Shown here: piece after piece, positions 8,577 through 18,217 of the stretch
Numbering within the stretch: the stretch's first letter is position 1
Layout of the letters: the number at the start of each line of letters is the position of its first letter
IMG/VR virus record: IMGVR_UViG_3300049988_000375
Span: 1-64,000 of that record
Direction: 5' to 3' (one strand)
Length of the DNA: 64,000 nucleotides
Source: a virus
Lineage: Duplodnaviria; Caudoviricetes
Translations under genes and position numbers: made by a program
The notes under the pieces: generated by a model
The model's input: the letters and a program-made list of their open reading frames with translations, nothing else
Database searches by the model: none
Told to the model about the DNA's origin: nothing

Positions 8577-8958
8577 GAAAGAAACCGCCGCCTTCGAGGC
8601 CCTGCAAAACGAGCTACAAAAAGAAAAGGACAATGTTCGCGTTGCCAAAGCGCTCCGCTGGACGCATCCCATCACCACTGATGTAGCGCCGCCCACGCGG
8701 TCAATGGAATTAACAACTGGCTACCTGTACAGCAGCTATTCGGGTATTGGTGGCGACAGCGTTACTATTGCTTGCTCAGGTGTGACGGGACATGCTCGGG
8801 GCCGTGTGGATAAGACTACTACTCAAAATGCACGCCACCTCTACTCCACCAAGCTCCGCGCCCTGCAAGCCCTGCGCCACGAAGTCGAGCAGCAGTGCGC
8901 CGCCCGCCTCGCCGCTATCGACAAGCAGATTGAGCAGGAAGGAGGGGTGGCATCGTGA
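8569..8958 (+). CDS. Hypothetical phage protein
   Basis: 129 aa, coupled to neighbours. Confidence 0.7.
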   Translation: MTKKETAAFEALQNELQKEKDNVRVAKALRWTHPITTDVAPPTRSMELTTGYLYSSYSGIGGDSVTIACSGVTGHARGRVDKTTTQNARHLYSTKLRALQALRHEVEQQCAARLAAIDKQIEQEGGVAS

Positions 8959-9377
8959 GCCTCTTTGCCCGACCCTGCAAGCGGTGCTTCGTGCCCTGCA
9001 CTAGTTGCCCCATTGAATCAACCCGCGCCATAGCTCTTAACCGTTTCCCAATGACCAGTTTGCACACCCGCCAAGAAGAAGCCGAGCCGGCGCCGATGAG
9101 CGAGGCCCGGTTGAATGAGGTTCGGAAGATTGACCAGACTTGGTTCAGCATTGACACCGCGCCGATTCATGCTCAGCATCGCCGCGAAATGCTGGCTGAA
9201 ATAGACCGCCTTCGCCGCGCCCTTTCCTTGGAGAAACAGCGAGGCGTTGGGCCTGCTGACCTCCCTGCCGCACTTGATGCCTTGCCTGCTGCTGAGCGCG
9301 TAGAAATTTTCGACCGATACTGCCGACACTGCGGCGACATAGCGCCACTCGGCTGCCATTGCATGAATGACGAGTAA
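8955..9377 (+). CDS. Hypothetical protein with Cys clusters
   Basis: 140 aa; CKRC..C..C and CRHC..CHC; start uncertain. Confidence 0.55.
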   Translation: MSLFARPCKRCFVPCTSCPIESTRAIALNRFPMTSLHTRQEEAEPAPMSEARLNEVRKIDQTWFSIDTAPIHAQHRREMLAEIDRLRRALSLEKQRGVGPADLPAALDALPAAERVEIFDRYCRHCGDIAPLGCHCMNDE

Positions 9378-9443
9378 CCACCCCACCCGCCGCGACGCCA
9401 GCGGCGGGGATTCTTGAGAAACTAGCTACCTGAACGAGAAGCC

Positions 9444-9719
9444 ATGAAAAACGAAACAGTAGAACAAGCGCTTGACTTGCAGCACAATATTGGCCACCTT
9501 GACTTGCAGATTCGCAAGTGCAAAGAGGCCATCTCCTTCATGGACGCCAACGGCGAAGAAGGGTATCACTACCATCTAACGGTGCTGACCACTGGCATAG
9601 TAAAGAACCACACTAGCTGGCATTTCCTGCCACAGTATTTTCTCGAAATGCTCAAGCCGCAGTTAGAGAAATTTGAAGTCGAGCGCGCAGCATTGCAGGC
9701 GCAATACGAAGCGCTGTAA
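9444..9719 (+). CDS. Hypothetical protein
   Basis: 91 aa ORF in operon. Confidence 0.65.
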   Translation: MKNETVEQALDLQHNIGHLDLQIRKCKEAISFMDANGEEGYHYHLTVLTTGIVKNHTSWHFLPQYFLEMLKPQLEKFEVERAALQAQYEAL

Positions 9720-9801
9720 CCCCCCGCCACCCCAGCGGCGGGCTGATTCCCGCCAGACACCCCCCAAGCCGGAAGTGGCGGGGGAAACAGAGAGGAACGA
9801 T

Positions 9802-10065
9802 ATGGCACGAATTGAAACGCTGTTCACTATCGGCATAACTCGCCGGGAATACAACAAGCTGGACGAGTTGAATGAGCAGTACATCACAGAGGAAATAGCA
9901 GAAGACTTTACTGCTTCCACTGCCACCATTTTGCGCATGAGGCAATTCGCCGCTAGCCTTTGCGAGCGCGAGGGCAAGAAAATCGACCACGGACAAGACT
10001 ACTATTTCTCTGCCTTAACGGGCGGCACCTACACCATCTCAGTGCATGTCAAGCATGAGCAGTAG
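9802..10065 (+). CDS. Hypothetical protein
   Basis: 87 aa from ATG 9802. Confidence 0.55.
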   Translation: MARIETLFTIGITRREYNKLDELNEQYITEEIAEDFTASTATILRMRQFAASLCEREGKKIDHGQDYYFSALTGGTYTISVHVKHEQ

Positions 10066-10327
10066 CCTATGGACACCTGTAAGCGAGCGCCTGCCAGTGG
10101 GCCCACACAGTTGCATTGACGCATCAGCCCGCGTGCTTGCCTATGGGCAACCCCAGCAGGACGGCCCCTTTTTTGTCGCCTATTGCGACTTGGATGGGAA
10201 TTGGTATTTGGCTCATGATAACCAGCCCATGATGGAAGTGACCCATTGGCAGGAGCTCCCCACCCCACCCGCGCAGCCGGCGCATTCCGGCCAACCAGGT
10301 GCCGCAGCAGGTGCCGAAGAAGCGTAA
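10055..10327 (+). CDS. DUF551-family protein
   Basis: WTPVSERLP...VTHWQELPTPP signature. Confidence 0.85.
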   Translation: MSSSLWTPVSERLPVGPHSCIDASARVLAYGQPQQDGPFFVAYCDLDGNWYLAHDNQPMMEVTHWQELPTPPAQPAHSGQPGAAAGAEEA

Positions 10328-10338
10328 GGAGCTGAGAG

Positions 10339-10611
10339 ATGAAAACCGCAACCATTGAGTCCGCACTGCCCGAGGCAGAGAAAGAAAAATGCCGCCTGTT
10401 GCTGCTAAAGGCAATGGATGTCACGCTGCCCCGCCAGCATAAGGCCGAAAACCTGATGGACTACATTGAGCGCCGACAGGCACATCGGGCGCAGTTCGAT
10501 GAGATAAGCGAAGCCGCCGGGTGGGGCCCACTTATCCGGCGGGCCACCCCCACAGCGACCCCAGCAGCAGGGGAGGCCGAGAAAGGAGGCGCCGCGCAAT
10601 CATCCAAATAA
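10339..10611 (+). CDS. Hypothetical protein
   Basis: 90 aa ORF in operon. Confidence 0.55.
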   Translation: MKTATIESALPEAEKEKCRLLLLKAMDVTLPRQHKAENLMDYIERRQAHRAQFDEISEAAGWGPLIRRATPTATPAAGEAEKGGAAQSSK

Positions 10612-10696
10612 TCCGCATAAATACCCGCCTAAATACTAGGATTCTTAGCAAATGGGCAGTAACTTGTAATCACTTAACCACCAACCAACCAGCCCA

Positions 10697-10996
10697 ATGG
10701 CGTACTCCTTTTCGCGTGAGCCAACCGTAGCCCACGCCGTGTCACCCGAATTGAACAAGTGGGATTTTGATGGTGACTGCGCCCCGCACCACCCAGGCAA
10801 CAACACCTGGACAACCTTCTCGCTCGGCATCTTCCAATGGGTTGCCAAGGCTGGCGCCCGTGGCAAGGCGGGCGAACTAAAGCGCGGCCCAATTAAGCAG
10901 CGCATCGTCGGCCAAACCGCCGACCCAATGCCCGCCTACGAAAAGGCCCGTAAAGCCACTGCCGAACTAAATAACACTCCAACCACCAACCAATAG
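10697..10996 (+). CDS. Hypothetical protein
   Basis: 99 aa ORF; TAACTTGT -7-like box at 10660. Confidence 0.65.
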   Translation: MAYSFSREPTVAHAVSPELNKWDFDGDCAPHHPGNNTWTTFSLGIFQWVAKAGARGKAGELKRGPIKQRIVGQTADPMPAYEKARKATAELNNTPTTNQ

Positions 10997-11006
10997 TCCC
11001 AGCCCA

Positions 11007-11393
11007 ATGGCAGACCAACTCAAACTCACTGGCGTTCTCAAACTCATCGAAGAACCGCAGAAAATTACCGACAAGCTCACCAAGCGCACGGCCGTACTGA
11101 CCACTGCCGAGAAATACCCGCAGGACGTGGCCTTTGAGTTTATCAACGACGCCGCTGACCTGCTCGACCGCTACACCGCTGGCATGGAGGCGACTATCCT
11201 CTTCAACGTGAGAGGCCGCGAGTACAACGGCAAATTCTATACGAACCTATCAGGCTGGAAAATCGAAAGCGCCGACGCGGCCCCCGCGCAACCCGCCGCC
11301 CAGCAACCCACCTCGGCCAACCGCAACCCGAACCTGCGGGCACAGCCTGTCGCCCAGCCTATTGGTGAGGATTCGGATTCATTGCCTTTTTAA
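11007..11393 (+). CDS. DUF3127 OB-fold single-stranded DNA-binding protein
   Basis: KYPQDVAFEF...FNVRGREYNGKFYTNLSGWKIE and acidic DSLPF tail. Confidence 0.9.
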   Translation: MADQLKLTGVLKLIEEPQKITDKLTKRTAVLTTAEKYPQDVAFEFINDAADLLDRYTAGMEATILFNVRGREYNGKFYTNLSGWKIESADAAPAQPAAQQPTSANRNPNLRAQPVAQPIGEDSDSLPF

Positions 11394-11394
11394 A

Positions 11395-12000
11395 ATGAGC
11401 AATCACTATAACATTAGTGGCGCCCCGATTGGGGCGCCAACTAAGGTGTGCTTTAAATGTGGCGTTGAGCAACCTTTGTCTTGTTACTATACCCATAAGC
11501 AAATGGCTGATGGGCATTTGAATAAGTGTAAGTCATGCACAAAGTGCGATGTGGGGAAGGACTATAAGCGCAATGTTCAAAATCCTGATTGGGTTAAGAA
11601 AGAACGGGCGCGAGGGCGAGAAAAGTACTATCGCTTAGAATACCGCGAGAGGTATGCGCCAGGGTCAAAGCCAAGAGCGTTAGGCGTAGGCAAAAAAGAG
11701 TTGATAGCGAGATACTTCTCTCGTTACCCTGAAAAAAAGAGAGTGCACAACGTCTCTCAGCGAATAACCCCTGCAACGCCAGGCAATCATCTGCACCACT
11801 GGTCTTATGTTATTGATAATGCAAAAGACGTAATAGAACTTCCGGCAACAAGTCACTACACGATTCATCGCTTCATTGTATATGACCAGCCAAGCATGAT
11901 GTATCGCCGCAAGGATACGGGTGAGCTTCTTGCCAGCCGGGCGGCCCACGAAGAATATATTTTTAGCGTATTGGGCGCAGCGCAGCAGATGGCTGCTTAA
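11395..12000 (+). CDS. His-Me finger/HNH-type endonuclease with N-terminal Zn finger
   Basis: CFKCG...DGHLNKCKSC; HLHHWSY...HYTIH; lower GC than flanks. Confidence 0.75.
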   Translation: MSNHYNISGAPIGAPTKVCFKCGVEQPLSCYYTHKQMADGHLNKCKSCTKCDVGKDYKRNVQNPDWVKKERARGREKYYRLEYRERYAPGSKPRALGVGKKELIARYFSRYPEKKRVHNVSQRITPATPGNHLHHWSYVIDNAKDVIELPATSHYTIHRFIVYDQPSMMYRRKDTGELLASRAAHEEYIFSVLGAAQQMAA

Positions 12001-12047
12001 TGCCCCACGCCTTTCTAGCTGAATATCAGCATTTTGCAATAAAATCG

Positions 12048-12075
12048 AAAGCCCCGGCTAGCGCCGGGGCGCTTT
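12048..12075 (+). terminator. Intrinsic terminator
   Basis: gccccggc / gccggggc stem followed by gcttt. Confidence 0.65.
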
Positions 12076-12090
12076 GCATACCCACCAGCC

Positions 12091-12294
12091 ATGCCAATGA
12101 CAACCACTGTTCAAAATCTAATCGACGCTCTCAAAAAGCTGCCGCCAAACGCGCTAATTATGGCCTATGACGAAGATGCGGAGTCATACATTGACTTGGA
12201 TTACTCTGAGATACAACCTTGTGAGGGATTCTCAGATGGGCCACACAGGGGCTACGTGATTCAGGCCGTAGCGGTGCATGAGCCATTTGCGTAG
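12091..12294 (+). CDS. Hypothetical protein
   Basis: TVQNLIDALKKLPPNALI, typical small phage-protein start. Confidence 0.65.
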   Translation: MPMTTTVQNLIDALKKLPPNALIMAYDEDAESYIDLDYSEIQPCEGFSDGPHRGYVIQAVAVHEPFA

Positions 12295-12296
12295 CC

Positions 12297-12713
12297 ATGA
12301 CGAACCACGAACGCCTGCCAGCCGACCTTACCAGACACGCGGCCTTGCTGCCCACCGAGCGCGAGTGGCTGACCGACCTGCCGCATGAGGAACTGAGCCG
12401 CCCCGAGCGGCACGACCTGCTGGTGCTGGTGGAGGCGGTGCTGGCTAGCCGCGTGCCGGGCTTCCACCTCATCTACACAAAACAGCACGAATCAGCCATG
12501 ACCGCCACCCGCGCCCTGTGTGCGGGCCTGCTGGGGCTCAACGGCATTGCCGAGCCCGAGAAAACCAAAGGCTTCGAGTGGCTGATGCGCGAGCGCCCCG
12601 CCGAATCCCTACTGGCCTTCTACTTCCGCCTGCGCGAGCTAAAGCGCCAGCAGGAAGTAGCCGCCGCCCAAAAGCGCCTCACCACCCAACTAGACCTCAC
12701 CCCAGCCACGTAG
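12297..12713 (+). CDS. Hypothetical protein
   Basis: 138 aa, GC3-rich. Confidence 0.7.
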   Translation: MTNHERLPADLTRHAALLPTEREWLTDLPHEELSRPERHDLLVLVEAVLASRVPGFHLIYTKQHESAMTATRALCAGLLGLNGIAEPEKTKGFEWLMRERPAESLLAFYFRLRELKRQQEVAAAQKRLTTQLDLTPAT

Positions 12714-12714
12714 C

Positions 12715-13668
12715 ATGAAACCCCTTCTTCTCTCTGTCGATTTTGACGACACCATCGCCCGCAGCAACTACCCCGAGATTTTGGGCGAGGTGCCCGGCGC
12801 CGTAGCTGGCCTTAAAGAGCTGCACAAGTACGGCCAGCGCATTCAAATCTGGACCTGCCGCCACGGCGAGGCCCTCGAACAAGCCCGCCAGTGGCTCGAT
12901 GAGCAGGGCGTGCCCTACGAGCGTATCAACGAGAACTGTCCAGCCCTGATTGAGAAGTGGGGCGAGACGCGCAAGATGAGCGCCGACATATACATTGACG
13001 ACAAGATGCTTGGCGGCCTGCCGCCGTGGCCGCGCATAGTGGAACAGGTAGCCAGCACCGCCCACTACTTGGAGCAAAAGGAGTTGCGCGCTAAGTTCAA
13101 CAGACTGCCGCGTATTATTGGCCTGTCCGGCAAGCGCGGCAGCGGCAAAGACACGGTAGCGAAGTTCATGCACAACCTTACGCCGTGGGCCTTCTTCGAA
13201 GACCGGCTATTTGCCGGCAAGCTCAAAGAGTTCGCCAAGCAGCTTACCGGCGAGTCTGACGTGTTTAGCCAAGCCGGCAAGACCAAGTTCCTGCCCGACT
13301 GGAATATGACGGTGGGGGAACTACTGCAAAAGCTCGGAACGGATGCCGTGCGTAATGGCCTGCACGAAAACGCGTGGGTGCTGGCCTGCTTTGCAGGGAT
13401 GAGCGCCGACAAGCACTATATCATTACCGACTGCCGCTTTCCCAATGAGGCCGAGGCTATCAAGGCCCGTGGCGGCGTGGTATGGCGCATCGAGGGCGAC
13501 CCGCTGGGCCAGCAAGGCGATGGCACGCGCAACGACGCCCACCCGAGCGAAACCGCCCTGGACGACTACCAGGGCTTCGATTGCGTTATCCGCAACGAGG
13601 GCACCCTGGATGAGTTGAGAGCAACCGTAGGGCTCCACCTGCAGCGGCTTTGCGAGCAGCACGAATGA
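12715..13668 (+). CDS. HAD-family phosphatase fused to dNMP kinase (T4 gp1-like)
   Basis: DFDDTI, IWTCR and YIDDK HAD motifs; GLSGKRGSGKDT P-loop, LQKLGTD, ITDCRFPNE, HPSET kinase motifs. Confidence 0.9.
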   Translation: MKPLLLSVDFDDTIARSNYPEILGEVPGAVAGLKELHKYGQRIQIWTCRHGEALEQARQWLDEQGVPYERINENCPALIEKWGETRKMSADIYIDDKMLGGLPPWPRIVEQVASTAHYLEQKELRAKFNRLPRIIGLSGKRGSGKDTVAKFMHNLTPWAFFEDRLFAGKLKEFAKQLTGESDVFSQAGKTKFLPDWNMTVGELLQKLGTDAVRNGLHENAWVLACFAGMSADKHYIITDCRFPNEAEAIKARGGVVWRIEGDPLGQQGDGTRNDAHPSETALDDYQGFDCVIRNEGTLDELRATVGLHLQRLCEQHE

Positions 13669-13671
13669 ACC

Positions 13672-13746
13672 GCTGCGATTGTCTGATTATTCCCCTTACT
13701 GATACTGCGAATGACTGGTTAATATCAGTAATTCGCAGTATCTTGC
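13672..13746 (+). promoter_or_regulatory. Three-box promoter A
   Basis: nCTGCRA boxes at 13672 and 13704; TCGCAG abutting TATCTTGC (13739). Confidence 0.8.
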
Positions 13747-13786
13747 GTTTGCGACGAGCCCGCCGCGTCACCCTCAATCCAACCGA

Positions 13787-14788
13787 ATGACTGCCGACAA
13801 CTGGAAACCACTTGCTAACTACCTTTTGGTAGCCGTGCCTGAACGCCTCGAGAAGCCCAAAGGCCCGCGCTCCCCCGAGGGTCTGGGCATTACGCTCATT
13901 TCAGGCGAGGACAACATGCGCGAGCTGCAAGCGGCTATTCGGGCGGGCGGTGAGATTCGCATTGAAACCGCCTCTGACACGTCGGACGCGAACAAGGTGC
14001 GGGTAGGGCAGGTGCTGCAAGTGCCACCCCGCCTCGATAGCTCAATGGTGCTGTGCGCGGGTGGGCCGAAGGGCTACCGCACCCTAGCCGACGTGACGCC
14101 CGAGGTGGAAGTGGGCGACACCGTACATCTCGACCCCTCGTGCCTGATTGACGAAAACGAAATCATGCCCGGCGTTTACCGCGTGCCGTATTCGGCGGTT
14201 ATCTGTGTGATTACCCCCGTGCGTAACAGTTTCATTAACAACGTTCCAATAGATAATTTCCTGACTCCCATCGGCGGCTACGCGCTGCTTTCCCGCGTGT
14301 GGGCCGACGACGTGACCGATGAAACGGACGCCGAGGGCGGGCTAGTGAAGTGCCGCAAGAAGGACGGGCTGGTGGTGGAAACCGCTGTGCCGCCGCTGGC
14401 TGACGAGGGCGTGGTGGCGTGGGTGGGAACGCCCCTGCGCGGCACCCTGCCTGAGATTCAGCCCGGCCAGCGGGTGGTTATCAAGCCCGGCCTGGCGCTG
14501 GTGGAGAGGATAGCGGGGGCCGAGTACCTCTGCGTGCGACAGGATTATGTACTGGCGGTGCGTGAGCCCGACTTTGCTAAAGTGCCCTCAGAGTGGACGA
14601 GGGCTGATACGGATGCTTTCGAGCTTGTCGCGCCCACGTTGCCAGCGGATAAATTTATCCACTTTGAGACTGGCGCGCAATCGCTACGGGCTAACCTCAG
14701 CGACATTAAGCGCGAAGTGGATTTTCGCGCCAGCCACTTTCGTCCCGCTCACCAAATCCCCGCCCATCATCCAGCCTACAACGCCTAA
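13787..14788 (+). CDS. Tandem GroES-like co-chaperonin
   Basis: Domain 1 KPLANYLLV...EVEVGDTV; domain 2 TPIGGYALL...GVVAWVG...IQPGQRVV...IAGAEYLCVRQDYVLAV. Confidence 0.8.
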   Translation: MTADNWKPLANYLLVAVPERLEKPKGPRSPEGLGITLISGEDNMRELQAAIRAGGEIRIETASDTSDANKVRVGQVLQVPPRLDSSMVLCAGGPKGYRTLADVTPEVEVGDTVHLDPSCLIDENEIMPGVYRVPYSAVICVITPVRNSFINNVPIDNFLTPIGGYALLSRVWADDVTDETDAEGGLVKCRKKDGLVVETAVPPLADEGVVAWVGTPLRGTLPEIQPGQRVVIKPGLALVERIAGAEYLCVRQDYVLAVREPDFAKVPSEWTRADTDAFELVAPTLPADKFIHFETGAQSLRANLSDIKREVDFRASHFRPAHQIPAHHPAYNA

Positions 14789-15543
14789 TGGCTAACGCAC
14801 CCCAATACGCGCACCAACTCCGCTACCGGGTTCAGGACTTGAATCCGGGCGAGACGGTACTGGAAAAGTTTTCCGACCTCGCGGTGCATGAGACGCTGGT
14901 GACGCACGGGTTCGGGCCTGACAAAGACCCGTTCCTGCGCTACTGCATCTACCTGAGTGAAGGCAGCGGCCTGCACGCGGCTATACCCGAGTGGGCTGAC
15001 CGCAAGAAAGAAGCCCTGCGCCTAGCTGGCGTGAATCCCGCGCACCCGCGCTACCAACTGGTGCTTGAAATGAAGGATGAGCCTGTGCAGGAAATGCGCT
15101 GGGCTTGGCTCAAGGCATTCAACTCGCGCAAGTTTCGGGCTTACGTAGCTGGTTGCGAGGCATTCGACCAGAATTGCCAAAAGGTAGAAGCGCCAATTGT
15201 TGACAATATGGGCAGCCTGCCAAAGCTAGAGATAATCTTCTATGTGGATGGCAAAGAGAAGCCGAAAGAAGCCCAAGAGCGCACTAATGAGACGTTGGAC
15301 CAAATAGCAAACATTATCGCCAGCACTAAACGCGACTTAAAAGCTGATGCTGAGCAGCGTGCATATAGCTTGCGCAACGAGTTATTTGAGGGATTGCCAT
15401 TGCAGGATGCCATGCTTGCCAAGATGGAGTCTGAGCTATTTATGGGCGATGATGAGTTGAAGCGATTGGCTACTGAGCGTGCTAAGCCACGAGCTGAGGG
15501 CGGCAGTATCGAGGCCAAGATTATGAACCGCAAGCAGAGGTAG
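14788..15543 (+). CDS. Hypothetical protein upstream of TerL
   Basis: 251 aa, TAATG-coupled; packaging role inferred from position only. Confidence 0.65.
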   Translation: MANAPQYAHQLRYRVQDLNPGETVLEKFSDLAVHETLVTHGFGPDKDPFLRYCIYLSEGSGLHAAIPEWADRKKEALRLAGVNPAHPRYQLVLEMKDEPVQEMRWAWLKAFNSRKFRAYVAGCEAFDQNCQKVEAPIVDNMGSLPKLEIIFYVDGKEKPKEAQERTNETLDQIANIIASTKRDLKADAEQRAYSLRNELFEGLPLQDAMLAKMESELFMGDDELKRLATERAKPRAEGGSIEAKIMNRKQR

Positions 15544-15545
15544 CC

Positions 15546-15734
15546 ATGAATTTACTGGGGCCTGATAAGCTAGTACACATTGCCCACCCGGTGGCTTTGT
15601 CGGGTTTAGATACGCTATGCGGCCACATGGCAGGGAATACTATCCGGGAGGCCAATAAGCCCGCCGACTGCCCTGAGTGCTTAGAAGTGGTGCGTTTTTG
15701 CAAGAAAATTAGGGTAAAGGGAGTTTGGAAGTAA
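15546..15734 (+). CDS. Small Cys/His hypothetical protein
   Basis: 62 aa; H...LCG...CPEC. Confidence 0.5.
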   Translation: MNLLGPDKLVHIAHPVALSGLDTLCGHMAGNTIREANKPADCPECLEVVRFCKKIRVKGVWK

Positions 15735-17782
15735 CACTGCTCAAAGACGGTCGGCAAAAAGCGTTCATTGGCGAAATGGACTGCTTTAGCCCTGTCGTGC
15801 CAAAGCGCAAAGAAGATTTCATTAACGGCCACGTCGCCAAGCGCAAAGACCAGAAGTGGCAGCGCGACTACCCGACTGAGGCCGAAATTGACCAACTGAG
15901 CGAGTCCGAACGTGACGCACTGCAAGACCGCGAGCTGGACCGCCGCGAAAACGGGTGCTGGTTTCTCAATGACGGGGAGCCCACCTACCTGACGGGTGAC
16001 AACTACTTCTACCTCACGCACTTCAAGCTGCCAACCGGCATCTACCCCGAGTTTCGGGACGCTGACCAGAAATTCTACTGGTGGTGGAAGGCGATTGAGG
16101 ACGACCCGAATTGCATTGGCGGCATCTTCCTTGGCGCCCGTCAGCGGGGCAAAACCGCCCGCGCCGCTGCCCTGCTGCTGAACTACGCCAGCCTAAACCC
16201 CAACGTGTGGTGCGGCATCACGTCCAAAAAGAAAGAGGACGCTAAAGACGTGTTCCAGCTATTCGTTGTGACTGGCTGGCAGAATATGAGTAGCCTGATT
16301 CGCCCAAAAGCGCCGGCAGGTGATAGCCCTAAGTCGGAGCTGCTGTTTGCCGCTGAGGCCCGCAAGGGTAGGGCAGCGCAGGGAGCGCGACAGTGGGCGC
16401 TAAACTCGAAGATTGACTACCGCGACTCGAAAGAGAACGCCTACGACTCCAAGACCCTCAGCCGCAAGTTCACCGACGAGCCGTTCAAGGAACAACTCTA
16501 CAACTCGGAGGAACGCCGCAAAATCGAGTCGCGCATGATGTGGCGCGGAGGCAAAGCCATTGCCAAAATGTTGATGGCTTCGACTGTTGACGAGCAGGAG
16601 GGCTTCGACCCCGCCATTGCCGAGAATATGTGGGGCGAGGCGAACCCCAATGAGCTGACGGCTACTGGCCGCACGAAGAACGGCCTCAAGCGGCTGATGA
16701 TGCCGTCCACCGAGGCGCATAAAATTGACGACTACGGGCGCAGCCTACTGGATGAGTCGCTGTTTGACATTGAGGCGAACGCGCCGGAAGACCCGGTTGC
16801 CCGCCGCAGCTACTTCCGCGCTAACCCGCGCCACGAGGCCGATGCGTTCAGCACCGGGGGCAAGGGCAGCATCTTCAACCTCGAAAACCTCGACGCGGCC
16901 AAGCTGCGGGTGGCGAACCTGGCTAAGCCCGAGTGGCGGCAGGTGGATTTGCAGTGGACGGACTTAGCCACCAAGGACACGGTGAAAACCGTGGACAACG
17001 ACGTTAACGGCCGCTTCAAAATCATCATGCAGGCCCTGCCGCTGGTGCAGAACAACGTGCAAGCCTCGGGCACCCACCTGTCCGACTTAGGCGAAATGAC
17101 GCGCTACCGCCCGCTGAATAGCGCCCTGTACGCTATCGGCTGCGACCCCTACGATGCGCGCAGCGTAGCCGACCCCAAGGCAGCATCGAAGGGTGCGGCA
17201 TATGTATTCTGGAAGCCTGACATGCTGCACGAAGCCGATAGATTCGATACGGCGGGCCGCGAGAAGCCGGACTATTGGCCCTCTGATGGGTTTATTGTGG
17301 AGTACGTGAACCGTCCGCCACGGCCGAAGGATTTCTACGAGGATATGCTAAAGCTGGCGCACCTCTTTGGTTGTAGTATCTTGCCAGAGAATAACAAGCC
17401 GGGCATCATTGCCCACTTTGAGGATAGGGGCTATGGTGATTTCGTGTCGGGTAAAATCGACATTATCGCCAGCAAAGACCAGAAGAACAAAAAGAAAGGC
17501 AAGGAAACGCCCGGCCACGCCGCCTCGGTGGATGCGACCAACCAGTGGAGCGAGCGCCTGGCCGAGTTCACCCACGGCCCGCTAGGCGACGACCCGCGCC
17601 GGATGCCCTTCGCCCACCAGATTAAAGATGTTGCCCAGCTTGACATTCTCGACACCAAGAAATACGACGCAGCCGTGGCCTCGGGCTGGACGCTGCTACT
17701 AGCCCGCCGCTTCGTAAAGCCCAAGGCCAAATCCGTGCCCGCCAACCTCACCGACATTCGCAGCTTCTTTAACGTACTGTAA
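15725..17782 (+). CDS. terL: Terminase large subunit, crAss-like type
   Basis: GARQRGKT Walker A, FTDEP Walker B, IGCDPYD and PENNKPG nuclease motifs, terminal KYDAAVASG; TTG start uncertain. Confidence 0.92.
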   Translation: MEVTLLKDGRQKAFIGEMDCFSPVVPKRKEDFINGHVAKRKDQKWQRDYPTEAEIDQLSESERDALQDRELDRRENGCWFLNDGEPTYLTGDNYFYLTHFKLPTGIYPEFRDADQKFYWWWKAIEDDPNCIGGIFLGARQRGKTARAAALLLNYASLNPNVWCGITSKKKEDAKDVFQLFVVTGWQNMSSLIRPKAPAGDSPKSELLFAAEARKGRAAQGARQWALNSKIDYRDSKENAYDSKTLSRKFTDEPFKEQLYNSEERRKIESRMMWRGGKAIAKMLMASTVDEQEGFDPAIAENMWGEANPNELTATGRTKNGLKRLMMPSTEAHKIDDYGRSLLDESLFDIEANAPEDPVARRSYFRANPRHEADAFSTGGKGSIFNLENLDAAKLRVANLAKPEWRQVDLQWTDLATKDTVKTVDNDVNGRFKIIMQALPLVQNNVQASGTHLSDLGEMTRYRPLNSALYAIGCDPYDARSVADPKAASKGAAYVFWKPDMLHEADRFDTAGREKPDYWPSDGFIVEYVNRPPRPKDFYEDMLKLAHLFGCSILPENNKPGIIAHFEDRGYGDFVSGKIDIIASKDQKNKKKGKETPGHAASVDATNQWSERLAEFTHGPLGDDPRRMPFAHQIKDVAQLDILDTKKYDAAVASGWTLLLARRFVKPKAKSVPANLTDIRSFFNVL

Positions 17783-18162
17783 TGCTTTTGCTTATCGCGC
17801 TATTCGCCTGTCACTACCTAGGGGACTATACACAATTATCGCGCCCCTATATGCTAACGGCAAAGCGTTTTGGCGCACCATTATACCCCATATTTGACCA
17901 TGCAGGCGTTCACGCGCTGCTCATGTTTGGGGCAATGCTAGTCTACGGTGTTGCTGTCAATGTCGCGTGCTGCTTGGCACTGGTGCAGTTATTCAGCCAC
18001 TTCCTAATTGATTTCTTTAAGGGCCGCCTGAATGTGTGGTACCCTAGCCTGACGGACGCGGCCCCGCCCGCCCATTGGTACGTCTTTGGCGCCGACCAAC
18101 TAGCGCATTGCCTTGTGATTTTACTGATGTGGTATGCCGTCATGCACGGCAAGTCCATATAA
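17782..18162 (+). CDS. DUF3307 membrane protein
   Basis: HYLGDYTQ, HAGVH, HFLIDFFK, DQLAH signature. Confidence 0.88.
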   Translation: MLLLIALFACHYLGDYTQLSRPYMLTAKRFGAPLYPIFDHAGVHALLMFGAMLVYGVAVNVACCLALVQLFSHFLIDFFKGRLNVWYPSLTDAAPPAHWYVFGADQLAHCLVILLMWYAVMHGKSI

Positions 18163-18217
18163 TTCTACCTACTCTACCTACCCCAACCAGTGCAGGACGT
18201 TCACCTGAACCCCTGCC

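Noticed and set aside
10593-10667. Possible seventh three-box promoter (GCAG-TAACTTGT at 10660)
   Set aside because: The box at -35 is absent and the one at -67 only partly matches.
10697-10996. DFDGD motif resembling the multisubunit RNAP catalytic loop
   Set aside because: It lies in a 99-aa ORF lacking the NA/double-psi-barrel context; chance match.
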